From the NCBI GenBank assembly GCA_013239625.1, contig MU053934.1:5350399-5414398 (forward strand): a stretch of DNA of 64,000 bases, given 5' to 3'. Positions within the stretch are counted from its first letter, which is position 1. Each line of letters begins with the position of its first letter. Both the position numbers and the translations under genes were made by a program. Shown in pieces: positions 1-14,799 of this stretch. The DNA comes from Lama guanicoe. Lineage: Eukaryota. The notes beneath the pieces are model-generated. The model was given only the letters and a program-made list of their open reading frames with translations. It did not search any database and was not told where the DNA came from.

Positions 1-719
1 TTAAAAGTATATAGTATATCCACAGGTTGGAATAATATACAGCCATTAAAATGATGCTTGTAAGACTAATACCATGGAAATGTGCTTAGGTTAACGTTGT
101 GAGGGAAAGTCAGCATATAAACTGTACAAAGAATGGAAGAAAGTACACCACGATGTAAATGCTGACTACTCTGGTTTATGACAGAATAGGGTAAATAAGT
201 TTTTCCCCTACTCTCTGTAGTTTTTAGTTTTTGAATGTGCAAGTATTTTTATGATTACTGGATAAAACCTTTTATTAAGGCTGATGATGTCAGTTTGGGA
301 ATGCTACATTTGAGTAGTGGTATGTTATCATCTGCCTTGTGTTTTGATGGGATGTTGCTACGGCAACAAGGGTATCATTTCCTGTAACTCAGGAGAGCCT
401 GTTGAGTTTCCTCTTCCTTAAAATCAGGGCCTCTGTTATTGGTAGCAGAAACCAGAAGAAACTGTTCATGTGAAGGAGTCAGTGCTCAGTGTGTGTGGCT
501 TGGCCATGGTAGATGTTGCCTTCTGTGCCGGCTCCCTGCACACCTAGTGTCGCTGTGTTGCAGCTCCTCTCCTGCATCTGTTGGAGCGTGTTCAGCAGGC
601 ATTCCAGTGTCCCCCTGGGATGGCGTAATGAGCGGCGTCTGCTGCCGCAGTTGGCGGGCGTTAGGGACGCAGGAAATGATGTTGGGTGCGTAGACACCAC
701 TGCAGAAGGGTCAGCCTGG

Positions 720-1240
720 TAATTAAAAAGAAGCAGCTTTACTGAGATATAACTGACATACCAGAAAATTCACCCATTTAAAGGATACAGTTCAATGTGT
801 TTTTTGTATATTTACAGAATTAATGCAGTCATTAGCAATACATAATTTCAGAATATTTCCATCACCCCCCAGAAAACCCTCTACCCATTAGCAGTCCCTT
901 CCATTCCCCTATTCCCTAGCCCCTGGCAACCACTTTTATTTTTAATTTATTTTATTTTATTTTATTTCATTTTATTTTCTAACTATGAATTTGCCTCTTC
1001 TGGACATTTCATTTAAGTAGAATCATACATTCATCCTCTGGTGACTGGCTACTTTTCACTTAGCATGGTGTTTTCTGTGTTCATTCATGCTGTAGCATGT
1101 GTCAGTATTTAATTTCTTTTACAGCCAAATAATCCATTGTTTGACTGTGCCTCCTTTTTTCCATTCACCAGTTGCTGAACATTTGGCGTTGTTTCCACTT
1201 TGTTGCTACGGTGTATAATGCTGCTATGAACAAGGCCACT
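720..1240 (-). mobile_element. Old LINE-1 (L1M-type) 3' end fragment
   Basis: Typical antisense L1 3'UTR text (cagctttactgagatataa..., ccctagcccctggcaaccac, tggacatttcat, ttttcacttagcat). Confidence 0.75.
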
Positions 1241-1711
1241 CATATATTATTATTTATTTTTTTGTACCATTAATCTATTAGCTGGAGTTGACAAGGAAAA
1301 CTCGCAGGAGATTAATTTGGGGCTGTGTACCCTGGCTTTTGATGTGCCTCCTATGGACATTACTTGTAGTGTGCCTTGACGTCTCCAGCTGTCAGTATCA
1401 TTAGCCTCATAGAGAAATTCCATCTGGAATAGGCTAGGTCATCTGTTAGAACGCTGAGCTCCCCTGGATAGGGACCTTGTTTGTTTTGTTCTTTGTTATA
1501 TTTCCAACACCAAGGACACATTAGATACCTGGAAAGTGTTTGTTACATGTATATTTCTTGCAAGGTCTGGGGACAAACAAAACAGACATTGTCTCTGCCT
1601 TTATAGGGCCTCTTGATGATGATTAAAGAACTATGCTAATAGCTCTTTAGTTTTATAAACGTTGAATATTTATAAATGATATTGAATCTGCTTAACTGTT
1701 ACTTGCTTTAA

Positions 1712-1820
1712 ACTTTTTTTTGTTTGTTTTTTTCCCTCCTTAACAAAGACACTGGGGACCGAACCAGGGACTTCATGCCCCCCAAGCACATGCTCCACCA
1801 CTGAGCTGTACCTGCCCCCC
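1712..1820 (-). mobile_element. tRNA-derived SINE (Vic-1-like), diverged copy
   Basis: Reverse complement reads GGGGGCAGGTACAGCTCAGTGGTGGAGCATGTGCTTGG...CCCAGTGTC plus A-rich tail. Confidence 0.7.
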
Positions 1821-1929
1821 ACTCGGCTTAAACTTTTTTGCTCTTATTTTGTCTTTACTTGTTTCTCCATCTCTTACTTTAATTCTTCCCCTTTCCCGAG
1901 GTAACAGTGGTTATTAAAAGAAACAATGA

Positions 1930-2169
<240 letters not shown>

Positions 2170-2375
2170 TGAAAGTGACCAGGGCAATACAGACTCAGCT
2201 GTGGGAGCACCAGAGACATCGCTGACCCCAGGATGGTAGGAGCAATTGATGCTGGGATGGGTGGAGTCTGGGCTGGAAGGGGTACCAAAGCTGGAAACCT
2301 GGACAGGTTGACATGTCAAGATGTTCTCATACTAGACACACCTGGATTTCTACAGGGATGTCTTTTCTTCCCAAG

Positions 2376-2422
2376 GTAGAGCAGCTTGACAAGATGGTGA
2401 CAGAAAAGGCAGGATTTAAGAG
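2376..2422 (+). CDS. ADSL: ADSL exon 6
   Basis: cccaag|GTAGAG...AAGAG|gtaggt, 47 nt; VEQLDKMVTEKAGFK(R). Confidence 0.95.
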
Positions 2423-2994
2423 GTAGGTAAGTGGGAGAAGTGTTGGCCTCCCTATTAAGTATTGAAAGACTTGTGTTCAGTATACCTCTAGATTTGACCT
2501 TAACTCTTTTGGTTTTTGCTTTCTTTCTTCTTCCACCCATTTCCTTCCATCTCTGGCCTGGGTTTTTTCTTCCTGTAGTCTAGATTCTATTTTGTTACAA
2601 TTTATAAGAAAAAAGGAAGCTATTTAGTTCTGGGTTTTTTAGAATAGCCTTACCCATGTTGCTGTTTCTGTTTCTTTACTGAGGGCCTCCACTGGGTCAT
2701 CTAAGTCTGGCCATTCGCATTGAGAGCCACAAGGCTCACCAGTGGTCCTTGTTTCGGGCACTTCCACTGGGGTGCAGCAGGACAGAGGCACGCTGGACTG
2801 TGTTTCCTTCTCAGGTCAGGGCAGCTGTCTGGGTATTAGTAGAAAGGATGGAAGAACAGTTTGTTCCCAGAGCCACTTGTCTGTGAGGTCCTCTGGGCTC
2901 AGTGTGTCTTAGTACACCAGTGAGACCAAGCTTTCACTTAGTCTTTTTTGCTTGTTTGCTTGACATGGCCACATTTTGAAATATTGTCACTTAA

Positions 2995-3252
<258 letters not shown>

Positions 3253-3352
3253 TAAGGTGCATTAAAGGAAGGACTAGCTACAGCATCTTCATTAAGTTCA
3301 CTTTGCCTTTGTTTCTCCATGAGTTTCACCAAAACATTTCCATGCTCCCTGA

Positions 3353-3962
<610 letters not shown>

Positions 3963-5242
3963 TGAGGGGCCTAGAAGCAGAAGGACTTTATTGAGTATCT
4001 CTGTATTCCTTCCTTGTCCCTAAGGACCCTGGATGTAGAAAGAACAGTGTGGTAAGTGTTAGAGTCGAAATATACACGGGATACTCTCTGTGGAACAAAG
4101 AGGAGGGAGGGGTGGTAGGGGAGTCAAGGAAAGCTTTACAGGGGAGGTGATGCTTTGAGGCTTAGGAAATCTAGGCATTTTTTAGACATTTAAGACAAGG
4201 TTGGGAGCATGTATAAAGGCACAAAGGCAGGAGAAAGAGTTACTAATAGTGTGTGGCTAATAGTCGGGTGGCACAGGAGAATGAAGTCTGTAGCAGATGG
4301 TGAGGTGGGACCTGATGGTGGGTAGTAGCCAGTTTATGATGGGCCTTCTAGGCCCTGAAAAGGCGTCTCGATATTGTTCTGAAGGCAGGTGGATGTCAAC
4401 TGGTATCTTGGCACAGTGGCATCTTGATTAGTTATGAGATGGGTCAGAAGTAATTCGTAGTTACTGATGAGGTACCAGCCTGCATATGACTTTCTAATTT
4501 ATATTTATACTTATTTGAAAGCATGTATTCTGGTTTGCTTTGCATTCTGCTGGAATTTCTCGAGAGGAAATGATAAATAGTTAAACCTAGCTCTCTGGGA
4601 TTTGTGCATAATGTCTGGTTTATCTATTGAAATAAAACATGAACTCATTCGGAAGTCAGCCAATGAATATTTTTAGCAGGCTTTGACCTAATCAGATGTG
4701 CCCACTAAAATACCCTGCAACAATTTGGAGAATCTGTTGTAAGGGGGCATGGATCTGATCAGAACAAGCTAGGAGTCTACTCTAAAAATCTGAGTCCACA
4801 CTGGCTCAGTGGTCATGTGACTGAAGAGGCGGGATGTGGATGTAAAGTCAGTGTCAGGCGGGCTGGCCTGGGTGGTTGACTGGAGCGAGCGTTAAGGTCT
4901 GAGACGGAATGCTGGTGCCATTCACTGAGGCGGGAGCTGCAGAATGGGGAAGAGCGGATTTGAGAGGGTGAGCAGGAGGCAGTGGAAAGTGGATGAATTC
5001 AGTCTGGGGTTTGAGGAACCTATAGATAATCAGGTGGAGCTCCCAAGCGGGTGTATGGTCTGGCACTTGGTTAAGTGATCTAGTTGAGAGGTGACAGATT
5101 TGGGGGTCACTAGGACACTGGGGTAGTTGAAATCATGAAACTGAAGGAAACTGTCCAAGTAGTGCATCTGGCATGAGAAGTCAGTAGGGCCGCTTCTTGG
5201 CACACTTCATGGAAACTGTTATTTGTTTAAAGCGATAACTGA

Positions 5243-5368
<126 letters not shown>

Positions 5369-5971
5369 TAAAAAGTAAAATATTAGGGGGGACCTTGGGA
5401 TGTGGGAAGCGGGGTGTAGCCTTTTCCTCCTCTGGAGTGAGTGTGTTGGGGGAGCTATTCTGGTGCAGGAGGAGTTCTTCCAACCCAGAGCTCACGCTTC
5501 AGGCTGTGACATGAGCTCTAGGGAATAAGTCTGTGGAATTCATAGACACTCTTACGGAAAAGTTTGGGAGAGAAGTACTTTGAATTGCTTGAAAACTGTC
5601 TGCCAGCGTGAATCATCAGCTCTGGCGTGACTGACAGAGTAGACTTTTCCATTTGCCTGTTTTTAAGTCTAAGGCAGATGGGTTTGTGTCCGTCCTATAC
5701 TCAGCTCTTGAGGTCAGGCACTGAAATTGTACAGACTTGAGGTTTTAGGAGTCATTCTGATGAAGCAACTTTTAAAGGTTTAATTAAATCAGTATTTCTT
5801 TTTAAAATCAAAATAATACTCTGGATTATGAGAAAACTGAAAACTCTGGTGTAGAATAAGACAGGCCTTCCTTTCGTCTTTCTTCATAGATGTGGGAGTT
5901 TGTGTCCCTGCTGTGCATTGTTGGTCATGGTTGTAACCTGGGTTATCCTTCTTGGCCTTTCATCCTCTTAG

Positions 5972-6088
<117 letters not shown>

Positions 6089-6556
6089 TAATTGAAAGTA
6101 CACCTTTAGTCCTGTCCTCCTCCCTGAAGAAGAAGGCATTTCTGTGGTTACCTTCAGTCATGGTATGGGTGCAGAACAGTGACCATATTCCACCATGTAG
6201 AACAGCTTATCTCTGGAGGGTGATTGTGGTGAACGCAGTTTATTAAAAAGTGAATTGCTAAATAATTCATCCTGAAAAAAAAAGTGAATTGCTTAATCAC
6301 TTGTAGAAAAGGTCCACTCTTAGTGAAGAGACTAGGTCTGAATTTCCATAGGAAATGCCGGAAAGTGGGCTGGACACACAAGCAGAGGGTTCACGAAGCT
6401 TTAGAGGAGCTGGCATCCACTTGAGGTTCGTCCTAGGATGTGGTCAGACAGTCAGAATCTTGGTGGAGTCAGACTGAAGGGAGCCACCTCCGCCCGGGGG
6501 GCCTTTATGCCACCAGCCATAGACAGCGTGGACGTTCTGTTGCCTGTTAGCAGTAG

Positions 6557-6850
<294 letters not shown>

Positions 6851-8053
6851 TAATGTTTCTGCTTCGTGGAGGTGTGATGAGAGTGGGGCTAGTCAGAAAG
6901 AATTCAGAGCAGGTTGCTGGCGAAAAGGTCAAGATTTGGTTGTCTTGAGCTGATTTAAGTATTTCCCCCTGTGGATTTCTCTGAATTCTCTTTTGGCCTG
7001 TAGCCTTTGGCGTAAGGACAAAGACTGGATCTTACTGTCAGTAGATCTGGGTTCAGTCGTGACTTCTGGCTTTTGCTGGCTGATGGGATAGAATATGTAT
7101 CTCATAGGTGGTGGTGGTTGCGTGACCTGAAAGGCCTAGCATAGTGCTTGGTGCGTTGTAAGTATTCAGTAAAGGTCTCGTTTTTCCTCTTAGTCTTTTG
7201 GAGACTACAAGGGTTAATTCAGAAACATTTCTTGAGTGCAAACTAAGTGCTCAGATTGTGTTCAGGTCCTGTGTTTAATTCTGGGGCTTCAAAGATGAAT
7301 AGATAATCTTTATCTTCAAGGAGGTCAGAACTTAGTGGCAAAGACTTGTAAATAAGTCATTATAATACCAAGCAATACATGTGAAAATTGAAAGAAACAC
7401 GTCTTTGTGGGGGGGTCATGAAGGCAACAACCTTAGAATAGTAGAAGTTGGAAAGACTTCCTTGAAGACATGACATCTGAGTCAAATCTTAGGGACAAGT
7501 AGGAGTTACCTGGGAGCCCCCGGCTGAGAAGCTGGCAAACGCACGGACGTCCAACATGGGAGAAAAGGCAGAATCATTGAGGGTTGCCAGAGTATCAAGT
7601 GACCCAGAAGTAGTTAGGATTTAAAGTGGAAGACAGGCTGGAACATATCATTTATGTTCACATCACTGGTGTATAGGATTCGAAGGACGTATACTGTGTG
7701 TTGGGTGACCAAAAAGGAAGCTGCTGCAATGGGTTAAGGGCTCTGAGCCACAGCTGGGCAGACACGGGCTGTGATTGCAGGCTGTGTAGAGCGTTGGTCA
7801 CTTGAAAGCCGGTTGAATGGGGAGGAGAGAAAGCAGTGATGGTTTGGGCTTGGGTAGTGGGTGGAGAATGGTAAGACCAACTGAGAGAACATAGGCTGAG
7901 CTGGTTTGTGGGAAGGGCAGCTTGGTGGTCCTGGTGGGGTGAGCTGCCTGTCTCTAGGAACAGATTTCTGACAGATAGTTGAGAAAAATGGAAGCTGAGT
8001 AGTGGAATAAAAGATTTATCAAATTCGGCCTCAGTGATACGAACTGATGTTGA

Positions 8054-8206
<153 letters not shown>

Positions 8207-8218
8207 GGTTGAAAGAGA

Positions 8219-8362
8219 ATTAAACAGGGAACTGTTGTTGGCTTTGTTAACTTTTATTGCTAAGTCACAAAAAAGTGCCTTATTTTACCTCAAGAATTGT
8301 TACCTTAAATTTTTCTTTCCACGATGCTTTCACGTTTCTCAAGTTTACAATGCAGAAATAAA
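8219..8362 (+). terminator. ADSL: ADSL candidate polyadenylation signals ATTAAA (8219-8224) and AATAAA (8357-8362)
   Basis: Hexamers 13 and 151 nt after the stop, each followed by GT/T-rich sequence. Confidence 0.7.
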
Positions 8363-8714
8363 TTGCATTGTCGTTGGTTCTTTTTTACAGCAACACAAAC
8401 TTGCATGATCAATGTAGCTTATAGTTTGTGTTCTGCTCTTTCAAGGCATATTTTCCAGCTAGTCTAGTCCTTTTTATGTGTTCACTTGATTTGAGATAGT
8501 AAACACATTCCTGGTCCTTTCTTCTGAAAATGTTTTTGATGTGGGCCTAGCAAAATAATCTGGATTCACTGATTCATTATGGCTGGATACCTACATTTCA
8601 GTTATATTTGGTAGAACAAGTAATGAAATTTAGAGCTACGATAAATTCCCAGAGAAATTGATGTGATCATCAGGCTTGCTCAGCTCAAGTTGTACCCAGC
8701 TTCAGTTGATCTTT

Positions 8715-8839
8715 TTTTAGGGGGTTGAGGGGGGTAATTGGGTTTATTTATTTATTTTTATGGAGGTACTAGGGATTGTATCCAGGACCTCACGTATGCT
8801 AAGTACACGCTCTACCACTGGGCTGTACCCGACCCCGCC
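8715..8839 (-). mobile_element. tRNA-derived SINE (Vic-1-like)
   Basis: tRNA A-box/B-box-like head and AATAAATAAA tail; flanked by direct repeat TTGATCTTT (8706-8714, 8840-8848). Confidence 0.85.
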
Positions 8840-10884
8840 TTGATCTTTGATAAGGCTTGTGTATCAAGGAGATGCTAACTGGGTATATTGATCTCACCAG
8901 GGCATTTGACAGTCTCTAAGCTGGGTTATGCAGGTTGATAGCTGACTGAACCACCTGCAGCCAAAGGTGAGAGAGTTACAGCCGTTACCACCACTGGAAG
9001 GAGAGCGCTAGCAGGTGCCAGTGGCTTCTGTCCTCAGCCCTGTCTCATTCTGTGAATCTTCAGCTTAGATGGAAATGAAGAAAGCTTATTTCTCAGATTT
9101 GCAGATGACACAAAACTAGGACAATTAACCTATACAATTATTTGGTAAAATAACTAAGATTGCATCTAACTTAAATAGATTGAAACGATGTGGCCAAAAC
9201 GACAAAGAAAAATTAAGGTAAATGTAAATAAGTTAACCTTAAACTCAGCATGAACCAGAAATGGTTGCTAGTGAGGTAAGACAGTTTTAGGATGTGTTGA
9301 TGGTAGTGTGGTGTCTAGAAAAGCCCCCAGAGTCTTACTGTTCCAGACTCGTGGCATCATGTTCAATTTTGGACACCCAGTCTGAGAACAGAGATAAACT
9401 GGAGAGCCTTTGTCCAGTTTAGACTGGACTTTGTCATATGAAAGGCGAAGGAATGATAGGGCTCTTTGTCTTATAAGAGAAAACTTGTCATCGCTTCAGA
9501 TACTGTTGGAGGGAGGTGGGACTTGATTATCCATTGCCGCAGGAGAGGCAGCTGAGACCCATCCATACCCTTGGTGAGAGTCTGAAGCAGGTTTGGGCCC
9601 AGACATTGGAACTACTGTGAGTTAGTGCTTCTCCCTACACTGTCCCCTGTGGGTCATCTAGTTGTCAGGAATGGGAATGCTGCGAGGGCGAAGAGGCTGA
9701 ATCGCCTCCAGTTGTGTCCAATCAAAGGCAGACAGATGTGAAGAGTTCTGCCTATCGGAAACAGACTAGGAGGCGGCCCTTAAAACCACATTCTAAACCC
9801 AATTCAGTGCAGCAGACACGTATGGATGGCCCGGAGCCCTGTGACATTTCAGTTCTTCCAGAGACGGTTTGATTACTCCAAGATTCCGCTCTCATGAGAC
9901 TCTCAGGCATGTTTGAAACTACTAGGTCTGGCACGAGGAATTAACTGCCGGGCTTTGTTCAGACATGCTGTCTGCTTCCTTCCCTACTCGCGGCCCCTGA
10001 AGAGGAAGCAGCTCCTATCCGTGCATTTCTAATGTAATCTGAGAACTTCTGTTATATACCAGACACACTGGGAATATCAGATACCATGGGTTTTAGGTAA
10101 TAAATGTACTCATAGGAAATAAGGAGATAGATGACAGTCTTATTTTGACAATTCTGATCTCTTGTGATTGGTGGTTTGGCTGGTTTTTTTTCCTGGGCTA
10201 TTTGGGTGGGTTTGTGTGTCTTTTCTTTTCCATTCTCTTTTGGTTTTATGTTTACATTCTTGCGGTATACTCTTAAGGGCAGTTTTGTTATCTGATCTTT
10301 TGTTAACATTTTCGTTAAAGGCATTTGGGTGGGTTGCAGGTTGGCTGAGGAAAGAGAACTCTCATGGCTTCTCGAAGATTAGATTGAATTCAGTTAACCA
10401 AGGATGCAAGCTCCAGGATCAGAACCATCCAGAGATCAGGGTCTGAGTGGACTGTGGGACAGCCTTCTAAGACACCTGGGCACTTAACTCCCCTCCTTCC
10501 CTGGCTGACGATAGATTTCATTTGATAACCAGGAGAGTCTGATGTCCTAAAGAGGAAGCACAGAGGTTAGGTGCCTCCACAATAGTGATGTAAATCCAAG
10601 GTCTAACAAGAAGGTTCTCAGACAATGTCATTTTCCTTCCTGAGCCCACGAGTGTTCACCAATCTTTATCTCTTCTTGGTGTGGTTAGTCTGGGAGCAGG
10701 CTGAGAGCAGGAGGCTGCTGTTGGTTTGGTCTGCCTGCCATGGAAGGGAGTCCTTCCTGAACTTGAACCAACCAGAGAATGGGGAATGAGTCAACGTAAA
10801 TGAATAGGAAACAGTTGAAAAAAAAATGCTGGAAAGCTATATAATGAGATACTGTGGTTTCTTGACTAATGAGTTTAAGGTGAT

Positions 10885-12450
10885 TTTTTTTCTACCAGTT
10901 TTATTGAGATATAATTAACATACAGCACTGTACAACATAATGGTGACTTACAAAAATCATGAAGTGATTATCACAGTAAGTTTAGTGAACATACGTCATC
11001 TCGTATACAAAATTAAAGAAATAAATTTCTTCTGATGAGAACTTGAGGATTTGCTCTCCTAACAACTACAGCAGTATTAATTATAATTATCATGTTGTAC
11101 ATTACATCCCTTCTTTATCTTACAATGAAGTTTGTACCTTTTGACTGCCTTCATCCAACTGCCCTCCCCCCATTTCTGGTAACCACAAATCTGATCTCTT
11201 TTTCTGTGAGTTTGTTTTTGAAGTATAATTGACCTACAACATTATGTTAGTTCCTGTTACACAACATAGTGATTTGATATTTTAATGCATTTCAAAATGA
11301 TCACCATAAGTCTAGTTACAGTATGTCACCATAAGAAGATATTACACATTTATTAACTATTCCCAGCACCGTACAGTTCATACCCGTGACTCATTTTCCA
11401 AGTGGAAGTTTGTGCCTCTTAAATTCCTTCACTTATTTCTTCATCCCTCCCCCACCCTCCCCTCTGGCAGCCAACTACCTGTTGTCTGTATCTATGACTG
11501 TGTCTATTGTTTTGTTCTTTTGTTTTAAATTCTAAATATAAGTGAAATCATACAGTATTTGTCTGACATTTCACCCAGCGTAATACCCTCTAGGTCCATC
11601 CATTGCTGTTGCAAATGGCAAGATTTCACTCTGAGTAATCTGTTGTATACATTACCACGTCTTTATCCATTCATCTGTTGGTGGGCACATGGGTTGCTTC
11701 CATATCTTGGCTCCTGTAAATAATGCTGCACTGAACATAAGAGGTACATATATCTTTTCTAATTAGGAGTGGAATTGCTGGATCATATGGTAGTTCTGTT
11801 TTTAATGTTTTGAGGAAACCACACTTCTCTATAGTGGCTGTACCAATCTGCGTTCCCACCAACAGTGCACAAGGGCTCCCTTTTCCCCACATCCTTGCAG
11901 ACACTCATCAGTGATTCTTCTGCGCGTAGCTACCCAGTTTTCCGAACACCATTTATTTATGATGCTGTCTTTTCTTCATTGTATATTCTTGCCTCCTTTG
12001 TCATAGATTAACTGCCCGTGAAGTGCAGGTTCATTTCTGGGCTCTATCCTGTTCCGTTGATCTTTGGTTCTGTTTTTATGCGCATGCTATCCTATTTTGG
12101 GGACTGTAGCTTTGGGGTATGGTTTGAAGCCAGGGTGCATGATACCCCAGCTTAGTTCTTTCTCAAGATTGTTTTGGCTATTGTTTTGGCTGTTTGGCTA
12201 TTGCGTTTACATGCAAATTTTAGAATTATTCTCGTTCTGTGAAAAATGCCATTGGTATTTTGTTAGGGACTGCATTGAATCTGTAGATTTCCTTGGGTAG
12301 TGTGGTCATTTTAACAATATTATTCCAGTCCCTGAACACAGTGTATCTTTCCATCTGTTTATGTTGTCTTCAGTTTCTTTCATCAGAGTCACTGTTCTCT
12401 GAGTACAGGTCCTTTACCTCCTTAGTTAGATTTATTGCTAGGTATTTTAT
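10885..12450 (-). mobile_element. LINE-1 3'UTR and degenerate ORF2 C-terminus between ADSL and SGSM3
   Basis: Minus-strand ORF 11671-11904 contains the L1 ORF2-like LKTELPYDPAIPLL; further antisense ORF2-like sequence to about 12450. Confidence 0.85.
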
Positions 12451-12489
12451 ATTTTCTTTTTGCTTTTGTGCGCTCTTTCAAGTTCTGAG

Positions 12490-12730
12490 TGCAATTTTTA
12501 TTTAAATTTTAGAGAAGTTTTGGATTTACAGAAAAATTGCAAATGTAGTATAGAGAATCCTCATATATGCCACACTTGGTTTCCCCTGTTATTAATATCT
12601 TACATAAGTTTCATAGTTAATGAACTAATTTTGATATATGATTAAATAAAGTCCCTTACTTGTTAGTTAATGATCATTTTCTGTTCCAGGATTTCATCTG
12701 GAGCAGAAATTATATTTAGTCATTATAACA
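12490..12730 (-). mobile_element. Old L1 (L1MC/MD-like) 3' fragment
   Basis: aagttttggatttacagaaaaattgcaaat...tatagagaatcctcatat motif typical of old L1 3' ends. Confidence 0.5.
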
Positions 12731-13654
12731 TTTTTAAAATACTGGCTAGAATTTATATATATTACTTACAAGTTATGTTCTTTATCAGAGACATAGTCTA
12801 AGGGACAAAATTTAGCTCGTAAACTTAGCTAATTCTAGACATGACTAGAGGTAAAAGCAGAATTTGGTTTTTCAGTTCTGGATCTGGTGTGACCTTATTC
12901 TTACCTCATTAAGTGCTGTATACTATACAGAGAAATTCTTAGAGGCCAAATTTCTTGGGGCTGAGGAGGAAATGGTTTAAGTGGTGAGTATGTGTGGTAA
13001 TTTGCCTTCATGAAAAGTCCAAACTGAAGAAGAAACTGAGCTGGATTTCCTACCCAGATTTCAAGATGAGCACTTCAGAGGATGAGATGATCTGTAGGTG
13101 ACTACTTAGACAAAAGGTCAGATGAGAAATGAGTTTTTGGGTGGAATAAAACAAGGGGCCCTCTGTATCTTTTCATATAACGGGATCCTTTGGCCTTAGA
13201 AGGGTCGTGTTTGAGTTTCATTTCAGATTGTGATGCCCTAATTTGTACTGCAGGTTCTCTCATATTTGTGGTGTATTGGACCTTCCTCATCTATAGTGGA
13301 CCACAAGCTGTGGTTAGGTAACACCTCAGCCCAAGCTGGAGTGGAACGAGGACCTTGAAGGGATACTTGGGAGCTACTGTGGACCCTCTTGTTCTTAATC
13401 TCCCCAGGTATTTCTTAGAAAATAACAAGCTTCTATCAAATAGTGGTTACAAGTGGCCACAAGTGAGATTGGGAGGGAGACTGGAGCCACGGATGCTTCA
13501 GGTCAGATTTCCATCCACAAATGATGTAGCCTTTCATTGCTATGGCTTTAGGGCACTGACAAGTTTAAAACTATAGGAGAGTGTTATATCTCTGCCATGG
13601 CTTTAAATTTGAGTTGTGATTAGGATGGTGCCCATTGTGAGAATGGGCCAAGTA

Positions 13655-13755
13655 CAGTTGACCATTGAACAACATGGGGGTTAGGTGCACTGACCCTCTG
13701 CGGTCAAAAATCCACATGTAACTCTGGAGTTGGCCCTCCTTATCTGCAGTTCTTC
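13655..13755. mobile_element. TcMar-Tigger2 family (MER8-like) DNA transposon fragment
   Basis: TA followed by CAGTTGACCATTGAACAACATGGGGGTTAGG, resembling the Tigger2-type terminal sequence. Confidence 0.6.
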
Positions 13756-14742
13756 AATCACTTATTTTCATTATTTTGGCTGGTTTCTCTGTAAAATTCT
13801 AATAAAATTTGTGCTGCTTTAGCACAGGAGTATTGTGAATAACATGAAAGTAAGTTCTTTGTAAAGTGAGCATGATAGTGAGGTCATGACTGAGAATGAC
13901 TTACTGTGTTTTGTAGACTTTGCTTATGGTTCCCATTAATTCACTGCATCATCACCACTTTGGAACGCAGTTGGGAACCTGAGCTTATATTAATAAGCAG
14001 CTCTGAGATTAAATGTAGTATATTTCTTCAGAGTAGAGTAAGATTTCCAGACAAATATTCCCATAATATTATTGTATCTTTTAGTGACCTTTCTAAAGCA
14101 AGGACTTTTTTTCCGAAGTAGAGCCAGATGTCAAGTGGGACCTGGATATCAAAAGGAGAGGGCCCCGCCACCTTCGTGGACTTCATTCGCACTGTGCTTT
14201 TAGCATTTCCTCAGACAGCATCTGGTTCTCACAACAACTGAAAGTTCACATTCTCATTTTATGGGTGAGCTAACTTGGCCAGCAGTGGTGGACAGACTCA
14301 AATGCAGGCCTCTGGCTACACCCACTCACTATATTATGCCCGGAGACTCATTTTCTTGGGCATGACCTCAACTAATTTCCAATTTGTGGCAACTTCCAAG
14401 ACCTGTGAATTGTGTAAGAGTGGATCAGGCTGGTCTAGGACTGGTTTATACACCGATAAAGAAGCCATTTAATTATTTATAAAATGAACATCAAGAAAGC
14501 CGCTCCTTCCCAGACCCCAGCTGCACCTATCTCTCATCCTGACCACTGGTTCACCCCATATTCCCCTAACTGCTCGCGCTGCAGTGCAGACCGGAGACCA
14601 AGCAGTCATCATTAGGCCAAAATTGGGCTTCAAGGATCGCCTGTGCCCGCCAGAGGACCAGGCTCGGCTCCAAAAGGAGACAGGCGTACAGGGTACAAGA
14701 GACGCGGAGACCCGTCGCCGCTCCTGCCCAGCGGGCCCGAAA

Positions 14743-14768
14743 GACTACAGCCCCCAGCATGCCCCGCG
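14743..14768 (+). promoter_or_regulatory. ZNF143 (SBS2-type, ACTACA-extended) promoter motif
   Basis: GACTACAGCCCCCAGCATGCCCCGCG matches the ACTACAnnnCCCAnnATGCnnnGCG motif typical of CpG-island promoters. Confidence 0.8.
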
Positions 14769-14787
14769 GCCGTCCCGCTGGACCCGG

Positions 14788-14799
14788 CGCGCGTGCGCA
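14788..14799. promoter_or_regulatory. NRF1-like motif
   Basis: CGCGCGTGCGCA resembles the YGCGCAYGCGCR consensus. Confidence 0.55.

Noticed and set aside
11671..12645. Short ORFs between ADSL and SGSM3 (also 32019-33411 and 49046-50110) as novel genes
   Set aside because: Fragments of decayed LINE-1 sequence.
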